From positions 4,064,001 to 4,128,000 of the forward strand of contig OZ240245.1 of the NCBI GenBank assembly GCA_965198175.1: 64,000 nt of DNA, given 5' to 3'. Source of the DNA: Candidatus Poribacteria bacterium (GTDB lineage Bacteria > Poribacteria > WGA-4E > PCPOR2b). The position numbers and the translations under genes were made by a program. Below are positions 30,279-40,179 of this stretch, piece by piece (position 1 is the first letter of the stretch; every line of letters starts with the position of its first letter). The notes under the pieces were generated by a model. It ran no database searches. It saw only the letters and a list, made by a program, of their open reading frames with translations, and was not told the DNA's origin.

Positions 30279-33200
30279 ATGGTTATGGATTATGCGGAGC
30301 TCCACTGCCACAGCCACTATTCATTTCTGAACGGGACATCGTGCCCCGCGGTTCTCGCTGAGCGAGCGGCATGCCTTGGATTGAAGGGCTTGGCATTGAC
30401 AGACGACAATGCGCTTTACGGTGTTATTCCGTTCGTCAAGAAATGCAAGGATATTGGGCTTGAATACATAATTGGGTCTCTCATAACTGTGGGACACGCG
30501 AGAGGCAACTCCTACTCTAATGACAAGGTTCTGTTGCTGTGCGAGAATTCAATCGGCTACCAGAACCTTTCCCAGCTAATCACCCGTGCGCGAGGCGATG
30601 ATGTCAAGTCTGAACCGCGCGTGACAGTGGAGCAAATCGCCGAGTTGTCCGACGGGTTAATCTGTCTTATCGGAAAGAACAGCAGCGTCGCGGAACTGTT
30701 GCAAACCAATCGAATCGACTCCGCGCGAAAACGGCTGTACGAATATCATCATATCTTTGGGAATAGACGGCTTTATATCCAACTCGTTAACCACCTTGAG
30801 CCCGGCGATACCGGTCTTTGCAAGGCACTCTATCGCCTCGCGCAGGAAACGTCATTGGGCTGTGTAGCCTCGAACAGCGTTCGTTACGCAACCCAAGAGG
30901 AGGCGCGACTGCACCATGTGCTCCGCTGCATTGCCCATAAAACCCCGCTCGCAAAATCGGATTCAATTCGCGCAATCAACCACGAACGCTATCTCAAGTC
31001 TCCCCAAAAGATGCAGCTGCTATTCTCCGAAATCCCCGCCGCGCTGACCAATACTCGTGCAATCCTTGAACGATGCAATGTAGAGTTAGATTTTGCGCAA
31101 TATCGGTTTCCTGACTTTGGCCCCCCCGACGGTCAAGACACCGACTCATATTTGAACATGTTATGCGAGGAAGCCCTGTCCAAAAAATACGATTCGATAT
31201 CTGCTGAAATTCGCTCTAGGCTGCGAGAGGAGCTGACCCTTATCAGCCGCTTGAATCTTAGCGGATACTTCCTAATAGTGTGGGACATTGTTAAGTTTGC
31301 CCAATCCAAAAACATCCCGGCGCAGGGCCGCGGCTCTGCGGTGTGCTCGTTGGTTGCGTATCTGCTGGATATCACGACTGTCGATCCAGTCCGGCACAAT
31401 CTAGTGTTCGCCCGATTTCTCAACGAAGAGCGGTCGACGATTCCGGACATCGACTTGGACTTCGCCTCTGCGCGAGACACTCGCCTGCCCGACCGAGATG
31501 ATGTCCTCACCTATGTTGGGCGCAAATACGGCTTTGAGCACGTTGGATTAGCCTGCATGTTCATCACATTCGGCGCTAAGCGAGCGATTCGCGAGGTTGG
31601 CAAGGTCTTTGGCTATCCCAAGCCCCTTTTGGCGACGATGTCGCGCTTCACCGAAGGGCAAAGGAACCCAGAGCCGGCATTTCGCAAAGTTGAGGAGCTG
31701 CAAGAGTACGAGCACTATACCAAGAAAAAGAAGTGGCGGCATTTCCGAGAGCAGGTCGAGGCAGCAATCGGTACGCCGCGCCACATATCCATGCATCCGG
31801 GCGGGATGATAATCACTTCGTGCGCGCTCACGAAGCTGGTGCCGCTCGAGCCCACACGAATGCCGAACCGCCGAGTGTGCCAATGGGACAAAGACATGGT
31901 CGAAGATGCCGGGCTTATCAAAGTGGATTTGCTCGGCCTGGGCATGCTAGCCGTAGTCAGAGAATGCCTTAGATTGATTGCCGATGCCTACAATATCAAA
32001 ATCAGTCTCGCTGAAATTAAAGCCGACGACCCTGAGGTGTACGAAATGATTGGGCAAGCCGACACGGTGGGGTTGTTCCAGATAGAGTCGCGGGTGCAGA
32101 TGCAGACGCTGCCGCGCACAAAGCCGAGAAATCTCTCGGAGCTCGCCGCCGAAATCGCGATTATTCGGCCGGGTCCTGTGCAGGGCAACATGGTCACACC
32201 ATACCTTCGGCGGCGGCAGGGGCTTGAGCCGGTGGGTTATCCGCATCCGCGTCTTGAAGAAATTCTTGAAGAGACGCTAGGTGTCGTGCTTTTTCAAGAG
32301 CAGATTCTGCAGGTGGCTACCACGATTGCCGGCTACACCCCCGGCGCAGCGGAGATTCTGAGGCGCGAACTCGACGCGAAACGCTCTGAGCGTGCAGTGG
32401 CGAAGATGCAAGCCGACTTCGTGGCAGGATCTGTCCGAAACGGAGTGGCGGAAAGCGATGCAATCCAGATTTTCGACTGCATCAAGGCGTTCGCAGGCTA
32501 CGGCTTCTGCAAATCTCACGCTTTGGCGTTCGCCCATCTCGCCTATCAGTCGGCGTGGCTTAAGCGCTACTATCCCGTTGCTTACGCCGCTTCGTTAATC
32601 AACAACCAACCCCTTGGGTTTTATCCCACACGCACTATCGTGGACGATGCGCGCCGACACGGGATACAATTCTTGCAAGTCGATGTGAATCGCAGCGACC
32701 TCAGATGCGTCATCGAAACTGACTGCAAAAACGACGGTATTCGTCTGAGCTTAATCTGTGTCAAAGGAATCAGCTTAGCGAAAGCCCAGTCAATTGTGAA
32801 CGCTCGTGAATGCGGGTTCTTCAAGTCGCTGAGAGATTTCGTTGCGCGGACCAAACTCGACGTCCCTAATATAGAGAATCTAATCGGCGCCGGTGGGTTC
32901 GACGGTTTCGGCTTGTCTCGCAGGCAATTGCTGTGGCAACTGTGGATTGCCGATCAGTGGCGAGACAGGGGCATAATCGATCCGAAACTCATAGCCCCGC
33001 CACTGCCCCAACTCAGTCCGTGGGGCAAACTAAGGTGGGAATACAGCGCGCAGCAATTTTCGATAGACGCGCACCCTATGGAGCTGCTCCGCTCTAAACT
33101 GCATAGCGAAGTGCGGCGGCAGGACGCGCTAAGAAAGCTGCGGAACGGCGTTAGGACCGGCGTTGCGGGATTGGTGGTCTGTATACAGAAACCCGCCACT

Positions 33201-33395
33201 GCGAATGGGGTTTCCTTCATGACTCTGGAAGATGAGAGCGGACTGCTTAATGTGGCTATTTTCCCGGATATCTATGCGGAGTATCGGTCAATCTTTAAGC
33301 TGTCCCCGTTTGTGTATGTCTACGGAATCCTGCAGCGTGAGGGCGATCTAATCAGCATCCAAGCGCAATCATTTGCTGAATTGTCTTTCAGCTAA
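30279..33395 (+). CDS. dnaE2: Error-prone DNA polymerase III alpha subunit (DnaE2-type)
   Basis: YAELHCHSHYSFL, GRGSA, PDIDLDF, HPGG, QWDKD, KVDLLGLGML; abuts the ImuB-like gene. Confidence 0.88.
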   Translation: MVMDYAELHCHSHYSFLNGTSCPAVLAERAACLGLKGLALTDDNALYGVIPFVKKCKDIGLEYIIGSLITVGHARGNSYSNDKVLLLCENSIGYQNLSQLITRARGDDVKSEPRVTVEQIAELSDGLICLIGKNSSVAELLQTNRIDSARKRLYEYHHIFGNRRLYIQLVNHLEPGDTGLCKALYRLAQETSLGCVASNSVRYATQEEARLHHVLRCIAHKTPLAKSDSIRAINHERYLKSPQKMQLLFSEIPAALTNTRAILERCNVELDFAQYRFPDFGPPDGQDTDSYLNMLCEEALSKKYDSISAEIRSRLREELTLISRLNLSGYFLIVWDIVKFAQSKNIPAQGRGSAVCSLVAYLLDITTVDPVRHNLVFARFLNEERSTIPDIDLDFASARDTRLPDRDDVLTYVGRKYGFEHVGLACMFITFGAKRAIREVGKVFGYPKPLLATMSRFTEGQRNPEPAFRKVEELQEYEHYTKKKKWRHFREQVEAAIGTPRHISMHPGGMIITSCALTKLVPLEPTRMPNRRVCQWDKDMVEDAGLIKVDLLGLGMLAVVRECLRLIADAYNIKISLAEIKADDPEVYEMIGQADTVGLFQIESRVQMQTLPRTKPRNLSELAAEIAIIRPGPVQGNMVTPYLRRRQGLEPVGYPHPRLEEILEETLGVVLFQEQILQVATTIAGYTPGAAEILRRELDAKRSERAVAKMQADFVAGSVRNGVAESDAIQIFDCIKAFAGYGFCKSHALAFAHLAYQSAWLKRYYPVAYAASLINNQPLGFYPTRTIVDDARRHGIQFLQVDVNRSDLRCVIETDCKNDGIRLSLICVKGISLAKAQSIVNARECGFFKSLRDFVARTKLDVPNIENLIGAGGFDGFGLSRRQLLWQLWIADQWRDRGIIDPKLIAPPLPQLSPWGKLRWEYSAQQFSIDAHPMELLRSKLHSEVRRQDALRKLRNGVRTGVAGLVVCIQKPATANGVSFMTLEDESGLLNVAIFPDIYAEYRSIFKLSPFVYVYGILQREGDLISIQAQSFAELSFS

Positions 33396-33550
33396 TGCAG
33401 CTTAAACAAACAACATTGACGCTTCCGGCAAGAGAACTGCTATTATGGCACCTCCTTTATAATCATTTCAATAGACATCTTTCCAAAATAAGTATCCGTT
33501 TGTTTTGATTTTAGGTTATACCCTTTCAAACATCTTCTATTGCGGTTACA

Positions 33551-34219
33551 TTGAAACAGATCGACGAATGGGAAGCCGATGACAATATATTCTTTCGAGT
33601 CACAGAAAAAAACAGGCTACATCAACAATATTCGACGGTGGTCGGCGAAGAGCCCGCAATTAGAGACACACTAGACAACAGAACACGTAAAAGGATAGAA
33701 CAAGAAATAGAGGATGGCACTCTTGCCGATGATAAAGTTGCCGAATTAGACAGGCAATTACGCGAAGGCGAGATTGACGACTTCGTTTACGCCAAAGAAC
33801 ACGGAGAGCTGGTCGCGGAAACGACTATCGAATATTACGAAGAATATTGCGAAGATGTGCTATCGTCAGTAGTGGATGAAATGGGTGTCCCGATGGGCAT
33901 TAAAGAAGTCTTTGCAGAGGGGCAAAACACTTTGATTTATCCGGGACCGAATGCTACCGAACGCCTAATCGGTGTAAACCAAGCGTTAAATATCGCCTCG
34001 CGCAGTGGCTGGGATTGGCCAAATCGGCAAGGCATGGATGCCCCAGTTATTCATGTTATTCGGGGGTATAAGACAAGCGTGACCTATGACGCTGACGGTA
34101 TTGTAATAGTTCCTGAAGAAACAGTCGCAGTGTTCGACTGGAGTGACGAATTTCAGGAAGCCGTTATGCAAATGGAGGACGACGCTTTTCAGGCGGCGGC
34201 ATTGTCGCCCGGCGACTAA
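33551..34219 (+). CDS. Acidic hypothetical protein, possibly 5'-truncated
   Basis: 222-aa ORF with protein-like composition; weak TTG start. Confidence 0.55.
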   Translation: MKQIDEWEADDNIFFRVTEKNRLHQQYSTVVGEEPAIRDTLDNRTRKRIEQEIEDGTLADDKVAELDRQLREGEIDDFVYAKEHGELVAETTIEYYEEYCEDVLSSVVDEMGVPMGIKEVFAEGQNTLIYPGPNATERLIGVNQALNIASRSGWDWPNRQGMDAPVIHVIRGYKTSVTYDADGIVIVPEETVAVFDWSDEFQEAVMQMEDDAFQAAALSPGD

Positions 34220-34472
34220 AATTTTTGCGCCCTTTGCCCGATCGTTCTAATTCTTGTTCTTCTTTGACGCCGGGCAGGTCGGCTAGTTTTACGTCGGCGA
34301 TTTGAGCGTTTGTCAATTGGCGCTTTTCTCGCAAATAAATTAGTGACCCTTTTATACGATGGTACCGCCTGCTAACCTCTTTTGACGGGTTCGGCAATTC
34401 CGCTCTAAATGCTTCATATGCTTCGTACAATTCCTTACCGACTTCACCGGGAATTTTTTCAGGTTTTCTCAT
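34164..34472 (-). CDS. Small basic hypothetical protein
   Basis: AAGGAG Shine-Dalgarno before the ATG; 102 aa. Confidence 0.55.
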   Translation of the reverse strand: MRKPEKIPGEVGKELYEAYEAFRAELPNPSKEVSRRYHRIKGSLIYLREKRQLTNAQIADVKLADLPGVKEEQELERSGKGRKNFSRRATMPPPEKRRPPFA

Positions 34473-34536
34473 GATGGACTCCTTTCACATATTATATCAT
34501 ACCATATTCAGTAATTCAATACTGGAGGACTAAGCT

Positions 34537-35259
34537 GTGCCGTGGGAAGAAGAAGAATTTAGCTTCAATCAAGAACCGTTGGCGGAGGATGACCAATTTG
34601 ATGTATTGGGTAGCGGCGACTATCTCGTCGATCAGGAATCGTCCGCACTGCCCGAAGCAGATCCGCCAGACCCGGACAAACACAAGCCAGCATGGGAATC
34701 TGGGCTTGAGAACGTCGCTCCGTTCTGGCAGCAACTCTCCGAACCGCAGCGGAACGCATGGTTCTCATACGATAATTTTAGCAGGTTGGGCGATGCAGAC
34801 CGAACCAGCCTGCTCCGTCTGGCGGACGCCTACGGCGATTTGCGCGATAAAGGTAACAATCGACTCAAAGCTAGTCCCGAACAATTCCTCGCATTCTGGC
34901 AAGTCTCAAGGCTAGACCCTGAAAACGCACAGAAAGCAATGGAATCGCTTCAAGCTGAAGGCAAAGAACTAGAAATCATTAACGACCCGTGGATTGAGGT
35001 TGCACGCGAAGCCTTTCCCGGCTTGCCCGACAACTGGTGGGAATTAGTTGAACAGCTCGGCACAACCGAAACAGCCAAAGCGATCGGCATGCTAGCGAAA
35101 GAAGTTGGTGCTGCAATCACTATTTCCGCCCAAGAGGCCTTTCCGTTCTCGCTAATCTTCGGCGACGCAGATATTGGCGAAGGGCTTAAAGAACTTTTCG
35201 AAGGCAGAGAGGGTTGGGATAAGACTATGCTACGGCGGAACCGGTGTAATTACGATTAA
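34537..35259 (+). CDS. Acidic hypothetical protein, possibly 3'-truncated
   Basis: GGAGG before the GTG; 240 aa. Confidence 0.6.
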   Translation: MPWEEEEFSFNQEPLAEDDQFDVLGSGDYLVDQESSALPEADPPDPDKHKPAWESGLENVAPFWQQLSEPQRNAWFSYDNFSRLGDADRTSLLRLADAYGDLRDKGNNRLKASPEQFLAFWQVSRLDPENAQKAMESLQAEGKELEIINDPWIEVAREAFPGLPDNWWELVEQLGTTETAKAIGMLAKEVGAAITISAQEAFPFSLIFGDADIGEGLKELFEGREGWDKTMLRRNRCNYD

Positions 35260-35260
35260 C

Positions 35261-35929
35261 ATGTCTAAAGTCGGAGACAGGATACACTTAATTTACATTG
35301 ATGATTCCGGAGATGAAGAAATACGGGTACTTTCAGCCTTAACAATACTTGTTGATGAATGGAACTCCTGCCTTAAGCAAATAAAAGAATTTCGGCACAA
35401 ACTAAAGATAAGTGACGGCATTTATGTTGAGACTGAATTTCATGCATGGAAATTTGTTTCGGGACGGGGAAAAATCGGCGATGACATGGTAACTAAGCAA
35501 CGACGATGCCAAATCTTTAAACAGACTTTGGAAATGGCAGCAATGCTTCCCGGCGCACGCCTTTTTAACACCGTGTTTCCAACTAAAGTAAGCAAACCTT
35601 CTTTTGAAGCGTTACTTAGCGAGATTAACCGAAGCCTGCAACAATGGAATTGTCATGCGATTTTAATCTGCGATGAAGGAGGGGAGGATATCTACACAAG
35701 ATTGGTTCGGCGCATGCAAACTTTAAAGAATGGCGCAATCGATCGTATTCTTGAAGATCCATTTTTTAAGCAATCCGATCAGTCATATTTCATCCAGTTG
35801 TCCGATTTTTGTGCTTATGCGCTGCTGCGTCAAGAACGTCCAATTGCGTCCAAAACGAGGTACGGGCTCGATCAAGCATTCAATTTGCTTAAACCTATAT
35901 CGGAAGGAATTATCCGACCATATCTTTAG
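35261..35929 (+). CDS. DUF3800-family protein (predicted RNase H-like fold)
   Basis: N-terminal LIYIDDSG, EFHA, ICDEG, and C-terminal S...IQLSDFCAY (QxxD motif). Confidence 0.85.
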   Translation: MSKVGDRIHLIYIDDSGDEEIRVLSALTILVDEWNSCLKQIKEFRHKLKISDGIYVETEFHAWKFVSGRGKIGDDMVTKQRRCQIFKQTLEMAAMLPGARLFNTVFPTKVSKPSFEALLSEINRSLQQWNCHAILICDEGGEDIYTRLVRRMQTLKNGAIDRILEDPFFKQSDQSYFIQLSDFCAYALLRQERPIASKTRYGLDQAFNLLKPISEGIIRPYL

Positions 35930-35943
35930 AACGAACAACTCGC

Positions 35944-35995
35944 AAAAAAAAAGCAGGGCCTACATCCGCCGCCAAGGGAGGGTTCGGTCCTGCCG
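35944..35995 (-). ncRNA. Candidate ~50-nt small RNA convergent on the DUF3800 gene
   Basis: Minus strand GGCAGGACCGAACCCTCCCTTGGCGGCGGATGTAGGCCCTGC then T9; outer stem GCAGGACC/GGCCCTGC; directly follows a strong promoter. Confidence 0.7.
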
Positions 35996-36000
35996 ACTCT

Positions 36001-36029
36001 ATTATAACATTAAATTCAAGATAGATCAA
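36001..36029 (-). promoter_or_regulatory. Promoter for the candidate small RNA
   Basis: TTGATC-17 nt-TATAAT with TG extended -10. Confidence 0.75.
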
Positions 36030-36168
36030 ATCCTTTTTAAAGATATTTACAGAAATGAAATTCGCCGAAAATTTTTTCATCAGGTGCGGGTCCGTGCAAC
36101 TGGTTGTATGTTATTATAACCGCCCGATGCGTTCAAATACCACAACAAGCTAAGGAGAATTTTGAACA

Positions 36169-36660
36169 ATGACAAATACCCAACAAAAAGACAAGATTTT
36201 AGCCGCTCGCTTTGCGGCGACAAACCTGAATGACGCTGCTGTGGACTTTGAAGCATTTGTTCATCGGATGCACCGTGCTGGGGAGTATGATAAACTCAAA
36301 CATTGGTGGGACGATATGGATGCCTTGCGAATAATCCGAGCTGCGGAACATCATATAAAGAGTCTGACATCAGAAACGGAACCATCTCCAGATCTGATTG
36401 AAAGACCCACTGTAGGTAAAAACGGGTGTATCCAGTTCATGGGAGAACCGATTGGTAAAATTTATAGTTATTACCGTACCGTGCTTCCACAAGAGATGCA
36501 GATTAAGATAGCGTATGATAGTTTGATTGACCGTTTTTGGAAATTTGTACAACAGGAAAAATGGGCAATTCGCCACCACCTAGCAAGCGTGGACGTGGCA
36601 CAAAGAAGGCAAAGGTGCTGGGGGCTGTTCAGCGTGGCGGAAAGGTTATTGCTCGTGTAG
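36169..36660 (+). CDS. Hypothetical protein whose 3' end runs into IS1595 DNA
   Basis: AGGAG before the ATG; last ~30 codons overlap the transposase out of frame. Confidence 0.5.
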   Translation: MTNTQQKDKILAARFAATNLNDAAVDFEAFVHRMHRAGEYDKLKHWWDDMDALRIIRAAEHHIKSLTSETEPSPDLIERPTVGKNGCIQFMGEPIGKIYSYYRTVLPQEMQIKIAYDSLIDRFWKFVQQEKWAIRHHLASVDVAQRRQRCWGLFSVAERLLLV

Positions 36661-37010
36661 TAACTAATCTCGGTAGTAAGGTCATTATGGGATTCATTCA
36701 GAACCACGTGCGGTGCAGAGGCTCTACCCTCATGACAGATGAGTATAAAGGCTATCTGCCAGTGCAGAAAGTCATGAGGCATCAGGTTATCAAGCATCAA
36801 GAGCGTCGATATGTTGATGAAGATAACCCTGAAATTCACACCAACACGATTGAAGGGTTCTGGAGTTTACTCAAGCGGGCGTGGTACGGCAGCCATCATC
36901 ATTTCAGCAAGAGATACGCTCCGCTCTACGTGGCTGAAGCATGCTGGAAATACAACCACAGGCATGACGAGGACTTGTTCGACGTGTTTATGCAGGAGTG
37001 TGTGATTGGT
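36555..37010 (+). mobile_element. IS1595-family transposase, 5'-truncated remnant
   Basis: KRGRGTKK, VLGAVQRGG, TDEYKGY, HTNTIEGFWSLLKR, HHFS...YVAE; zinc-ribbon/HTH and first Asp missing. Confidence 0.88.
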
Positions 37011-37049
37011 CATCGACATAGGAATTCCCCCACACCCGTCGGAAGATGG

Positions 37050-37307
37050 TTATTTACTTCTTTCAAGCAATGTGTCAACCTTGCTACTTAATTCAAGCAA
37101 TGTGTTCACCTTGCTGTCCAAATTATCAACCTTTTTGGCTAAGGTGTCATGCTCGCGTTGCATCTGATTACGCAAATCATCAATGCGATTGTTAATGTCA
37201 GAAAAGCGCCCATTAAACACAAGAAGCAGTAGCGCGAACATTGCCGGAGAAGCAAAGACGGCAGCTATCTGAAGCCAGATTGGGGTTGTGGCAAGTTCAG
37301 GTGTCAT
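37050..37307 (-). CDS. Small TM plus coiled-coil protein with a 30-bp tandem repeat at the C-terminus
   Basis: RFSDINNRIDDLR; repeat units at 37062..37085 and 37092..37115. Confidence 0.65.
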   Translation of the reverse strand: MTPELATTPIWLQIAAVFASPAMFALLLLVFNGRFSDINNRIDDLRNQMQREHDTLAKKVDNLDSKVNTLLELSSKVDTLLERSK

Positions 37308-37511
37308 TTCAGTTCTCCCTTTTGTGTTACCAAAGGAAGAATAATTGGGGGTTAGTATTTCACGCTTTAGGTTCTGGATTGGATGTTATACTAAAGCATA
37401 ATGTATGTCAACATAAATGACACTACAGGAAAACTTTGTTAGCACTCAAGGCAGTTGGTATGCTAAAATGGTACCACAGTTATCCACAAACTGACCACAA
37501 AGGAGAAAAAC

Positions 37512-38237
37512 ATGAAACGATTCACTGCATCGCTTTTGGCGATGTTGTTTATATTCAGCGCACCTATATTTTCGGCATCATATGCAGTTAATACCAAATT
37601 TATTGAAGGCCTTACGCTATTCGGATTGGTCGAACGAAGTGAGATTGTTGTGCTTGGCACAGTGGCAAATATAGACTACGTTACCCGTCCAAGCATATCA
37701 AACGAAGGTGCTACTACGGATATTGCTTTACGTATTGATGAGCTTATCAAGGGAAAACCCAATTTCGGAGACGACCACGTTATTTTCATGATTGAAGGCG
37801 GAGTGTACTATAGTACCTATGCCAAAAAGCGTGTAGAGATGAGAATTAGCGACCAGCCTACATTTGAAGTAGGCGAGCAAGTCCTAGTATTTCTGGGGAA
37901 GTTCGATCCCTATTCCGACTATGCTCATAATGGTTTGCATCTAATTCACGGGGAACTCGGCAAAAAGAAGTTATATGACGATAGGTTTCGATTTTGGTAC
38001 CTGCACTCGAAAGACAGACCGATAGCCGTTGCGATGAGTAAGGAATTAGTGAGTAACCTTGCTAAGGCTTACGTCAGTGACCACGAGGCAGCCGAACTGT
38101 TAGAAGCCTACATTAAAACACTGGCATTTGGTGATGAATCATCGTTGGCAACTGGCACTATCATTATGTCGAACGCCTTGGAAACTAAACTGCTTAGAGA
38201 AGCAAAACAAATCCTTAAACGCAGAAAGGAGAAATGA
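37512..38237 (+). CDS. Secreted hypothetical protein
   Basis: AGGAG, signal peptide, SEIVVLGTV...PTFEVGEQVLVFL. Confidence 0.75.
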   Translation: MKRFTASLLAMLFIFSAPIFSASYAVNTKFIEGLTLFGLVERSEIVVLGTVANIDYVTRPSISNEGATTDIALRIDELIKGKPNFGDDHVIFMIEGGVYYSTYAKKRVEMRISDQPTFEVGEQVLVFLGKFDPYSDYAHNGLHLIHGELGKKKLYDDRFRFWYLHSKDRPIAVAMSKELVSNLAKAYVSDHEAAELLEAYIKTLAFGDESSLATGTIIMSNALETKLLREAKQILKRRKEK

Positions 38238-38479
38238 GAATGAGTTTGAAATTTGCGGTTGCAAGTTTGGTGGCACTTTGTTTGTTGGCAACACCGGCAA
38301 CCGTTGTTCATTCCGATTGCCATGACACTACCTATTGTGAGCATGTTGTAAGCGAGTTGGCTGATATGTACTGGGACGAGCCATATAACAACACTGTGGA
38401 TTACTTGGTTAATGTGGATTATCGCCCACGACCCGAGAACAACCCGTCATTGGCAAGCACTGATGTAAGCGAAGCGTAA
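38234..38479 (+). CDS. Small secreted protein, probably truncated
   Basis: ATGA overlap with the upstream gene; signal peptide. Confidence 0.5.
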   Translation: MRMSLKFAVASLVALCLLATPATVVHSDCHDTTYCEHVVSELADMYWDEPYNNTVDYLVNVDYRPRPENNPSLASTDVSEA

Positions 38480-38571
38480 GGTTAAGTAGAGACACGCAAA
38501 TTACGATTGAAGAGTGGATAGCTCATGCTGGCTGTGACGCTCGCGTCATACTAAAAAGCCTCAACTCCTAC

Positions 38572-40074
38572 ATGACCGAATACATGGTGCCTTCCCATGA
38601 ACCATTCGGAATTGGCGCTCCAGGAGCTAAAGGAGCTTCGTTAGCCGACGTTTCAAGACTAATTGCAATACTTCACCAGTTATTCCGGCTGGCGGAGGAG
38701 TCTCTGACTGAAGCCAAAAACGCCGAAATAGCAGAGCAACCCAATCCTGATAAAGACCTTGACGCTGTTCTGGAGAAGATTAACGAGATAGTAAAAAAAT
38801 CTGAAGGTGCCGACTATATTTATCGTGGCGAACCTGAGTGCTATAGCAAAGTAGCTTCAACTCTATACAGACACTATGAAGATGACATTAAGGGAATCGA
38901 CATTCGGATAGACACTATCCAACGTGAAATGATTGTAGATGCAAGACATTATGCTAAGGAAGGGACCAATTTCGAAATCCTAACTCAACTCCAGCACTTC
39001 GGCGGTAAAACCAACCTCATATATTTCACGACCGATTACCTAGTCGCCCTTTTCTTCGCGTGTGACGGTTCTCACGACGACGACGGAAGAATTGTCCTTT
39101 TGAAGGAGACCGGAGAAAGCACGACAAAATACCGCATCAAGGCACCTCGCAATCCGCAAAACCGCATCATCGCGCAGAAAAGCGTATTTGTTCGGCCGCG
39201 GAAGGGTTTCATTGAGTTCGACCCCGACAACGAAATAGACATTCCCGCACAGCTGAAAAAGCCGATGATGGACTACCTGCGGAAACATCATGACATATCG
39301 AGCCCTACCATCTATAACGACCTCCACGGTTTTATCAAACACCAGGACATCCATGCACGTGCAGACACGGAGTTTTTCAAAGCTGTGAACTGTTACAACA
39401 ATGAAGAGTATCCCAAAGTAATTTGGCATTACACCGAGGCTCTACGGTACAGCCCGCAGTGGTCTCATGCCTATACCAACCGTGGCGTGGCTTACAGTAA
39501 ATTGGGTAAGTACGACCATGCAATGAAAGACTTGGGCAAAGCGATTGAGTTGGACCCGAATGACTTCGTGGCATACAACAATCGTGGGGCGGTCTACTAT
39601 GACTTGGGTGAATTTGACCGTGCCATTGAAGATTTTGACAAAGCAATAGAGCTAAAGCCCCGCAAGGCTAGCGCTTACATCGAACGCGGTTTGACTTACT
39701 GCGAGAAGGAAGAATTTGACCGTGGAATTCAAGATTTTAGCAAGGCAATAGAACTCAAACCCAACGATGCTGACGCTTATTACAATCGTGGGCTCGCTCA
39801 TTACGATAAAGGGGAATACGCCCTTGCTGTCGGGGACCTTGATACTGCAGTAAGCATCAATCAGGATTTTCCCGACGCCTACTGTTATCTCGGTTTGGCG
39901 CGTTTGCACGTGAAAGACTGGGAGGGTGCCAGATCCGACCTGATGACTGCCAATAACAGGGGCGAGAGCGTTGCGGATGCGTTTACCGAATTCTATGAAA
40001 ATACAGCCGACTTCGAGCAGACAATCGGCGCTGAATTGCCGGAAGACATCGCTGCCTTGATACATCCAAGTTAA
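38572..40074 (+). CDS. FRG-domain protein with C-terminal TPR repeats
   Basis: YIYRGE, LQHFGGKTNLI.FT...ALFFA, RIIAQKSVF; repeated AY.NRG..Y TPR units. Confidence 0.88.
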   Translation: MTEYMVPSHEPFGIGAPGAKGASLADVSRLIAILHQLFRLAEESLTEAKNAEIAEQPNPDKDLDAVLEKINEIVKKSEGADYIYRGEPECYSKVASTLYRHYEDDIKGIDIRIDTIQREMIVDARHYAKEGTNFEILTQLQHFGGKTNLIYFTTDYLVALFFACDGSHDDDGRIVLLKETGESTTKYRIKAPRNPQNRIIAQKSVFVRPRKGFIEFDPDNEIDIPAQLKKPMMDYLRKHHDISSPTIYNDLHGFIKHQDIHARADTEFFKAVNCYNNEEYPKVIWHYTEALRYSPQWSHAYTNRGVAYSKLGKYDHAMKDLGKAIELDPNDFVAYNNRGAVYYDLGEFDRAIEDFDKAIELKPRKASAYIERGLTYCEKEEFDRGIQDFSKAIELKPNDADAYYNRGLAHYDKGEYALAVGDLDTAVSINQDFPDAYCYLGLARLHVKDWEGARSDLMTANNRGESVADAFTEFYENTADFEQTIGAELPEDIAALIHPS

Positions 40075-40179
40075 TTACAGAATCAAGAGGTGCAGCGACA
40101 GTTTCCGCGTCCATTCAGCCCGCCTGAGACGGCTCAGCCAGATTCCGTCCTTCACCATTCTATATGAAAGGAAACCCCC

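Noticed and set aside
35944..35993. Ordinary terminator of the DUF3800 gene
   Set aside because: The U-tract is on the opposite strand and a dedicated promoter sits immediately upstream on that strand
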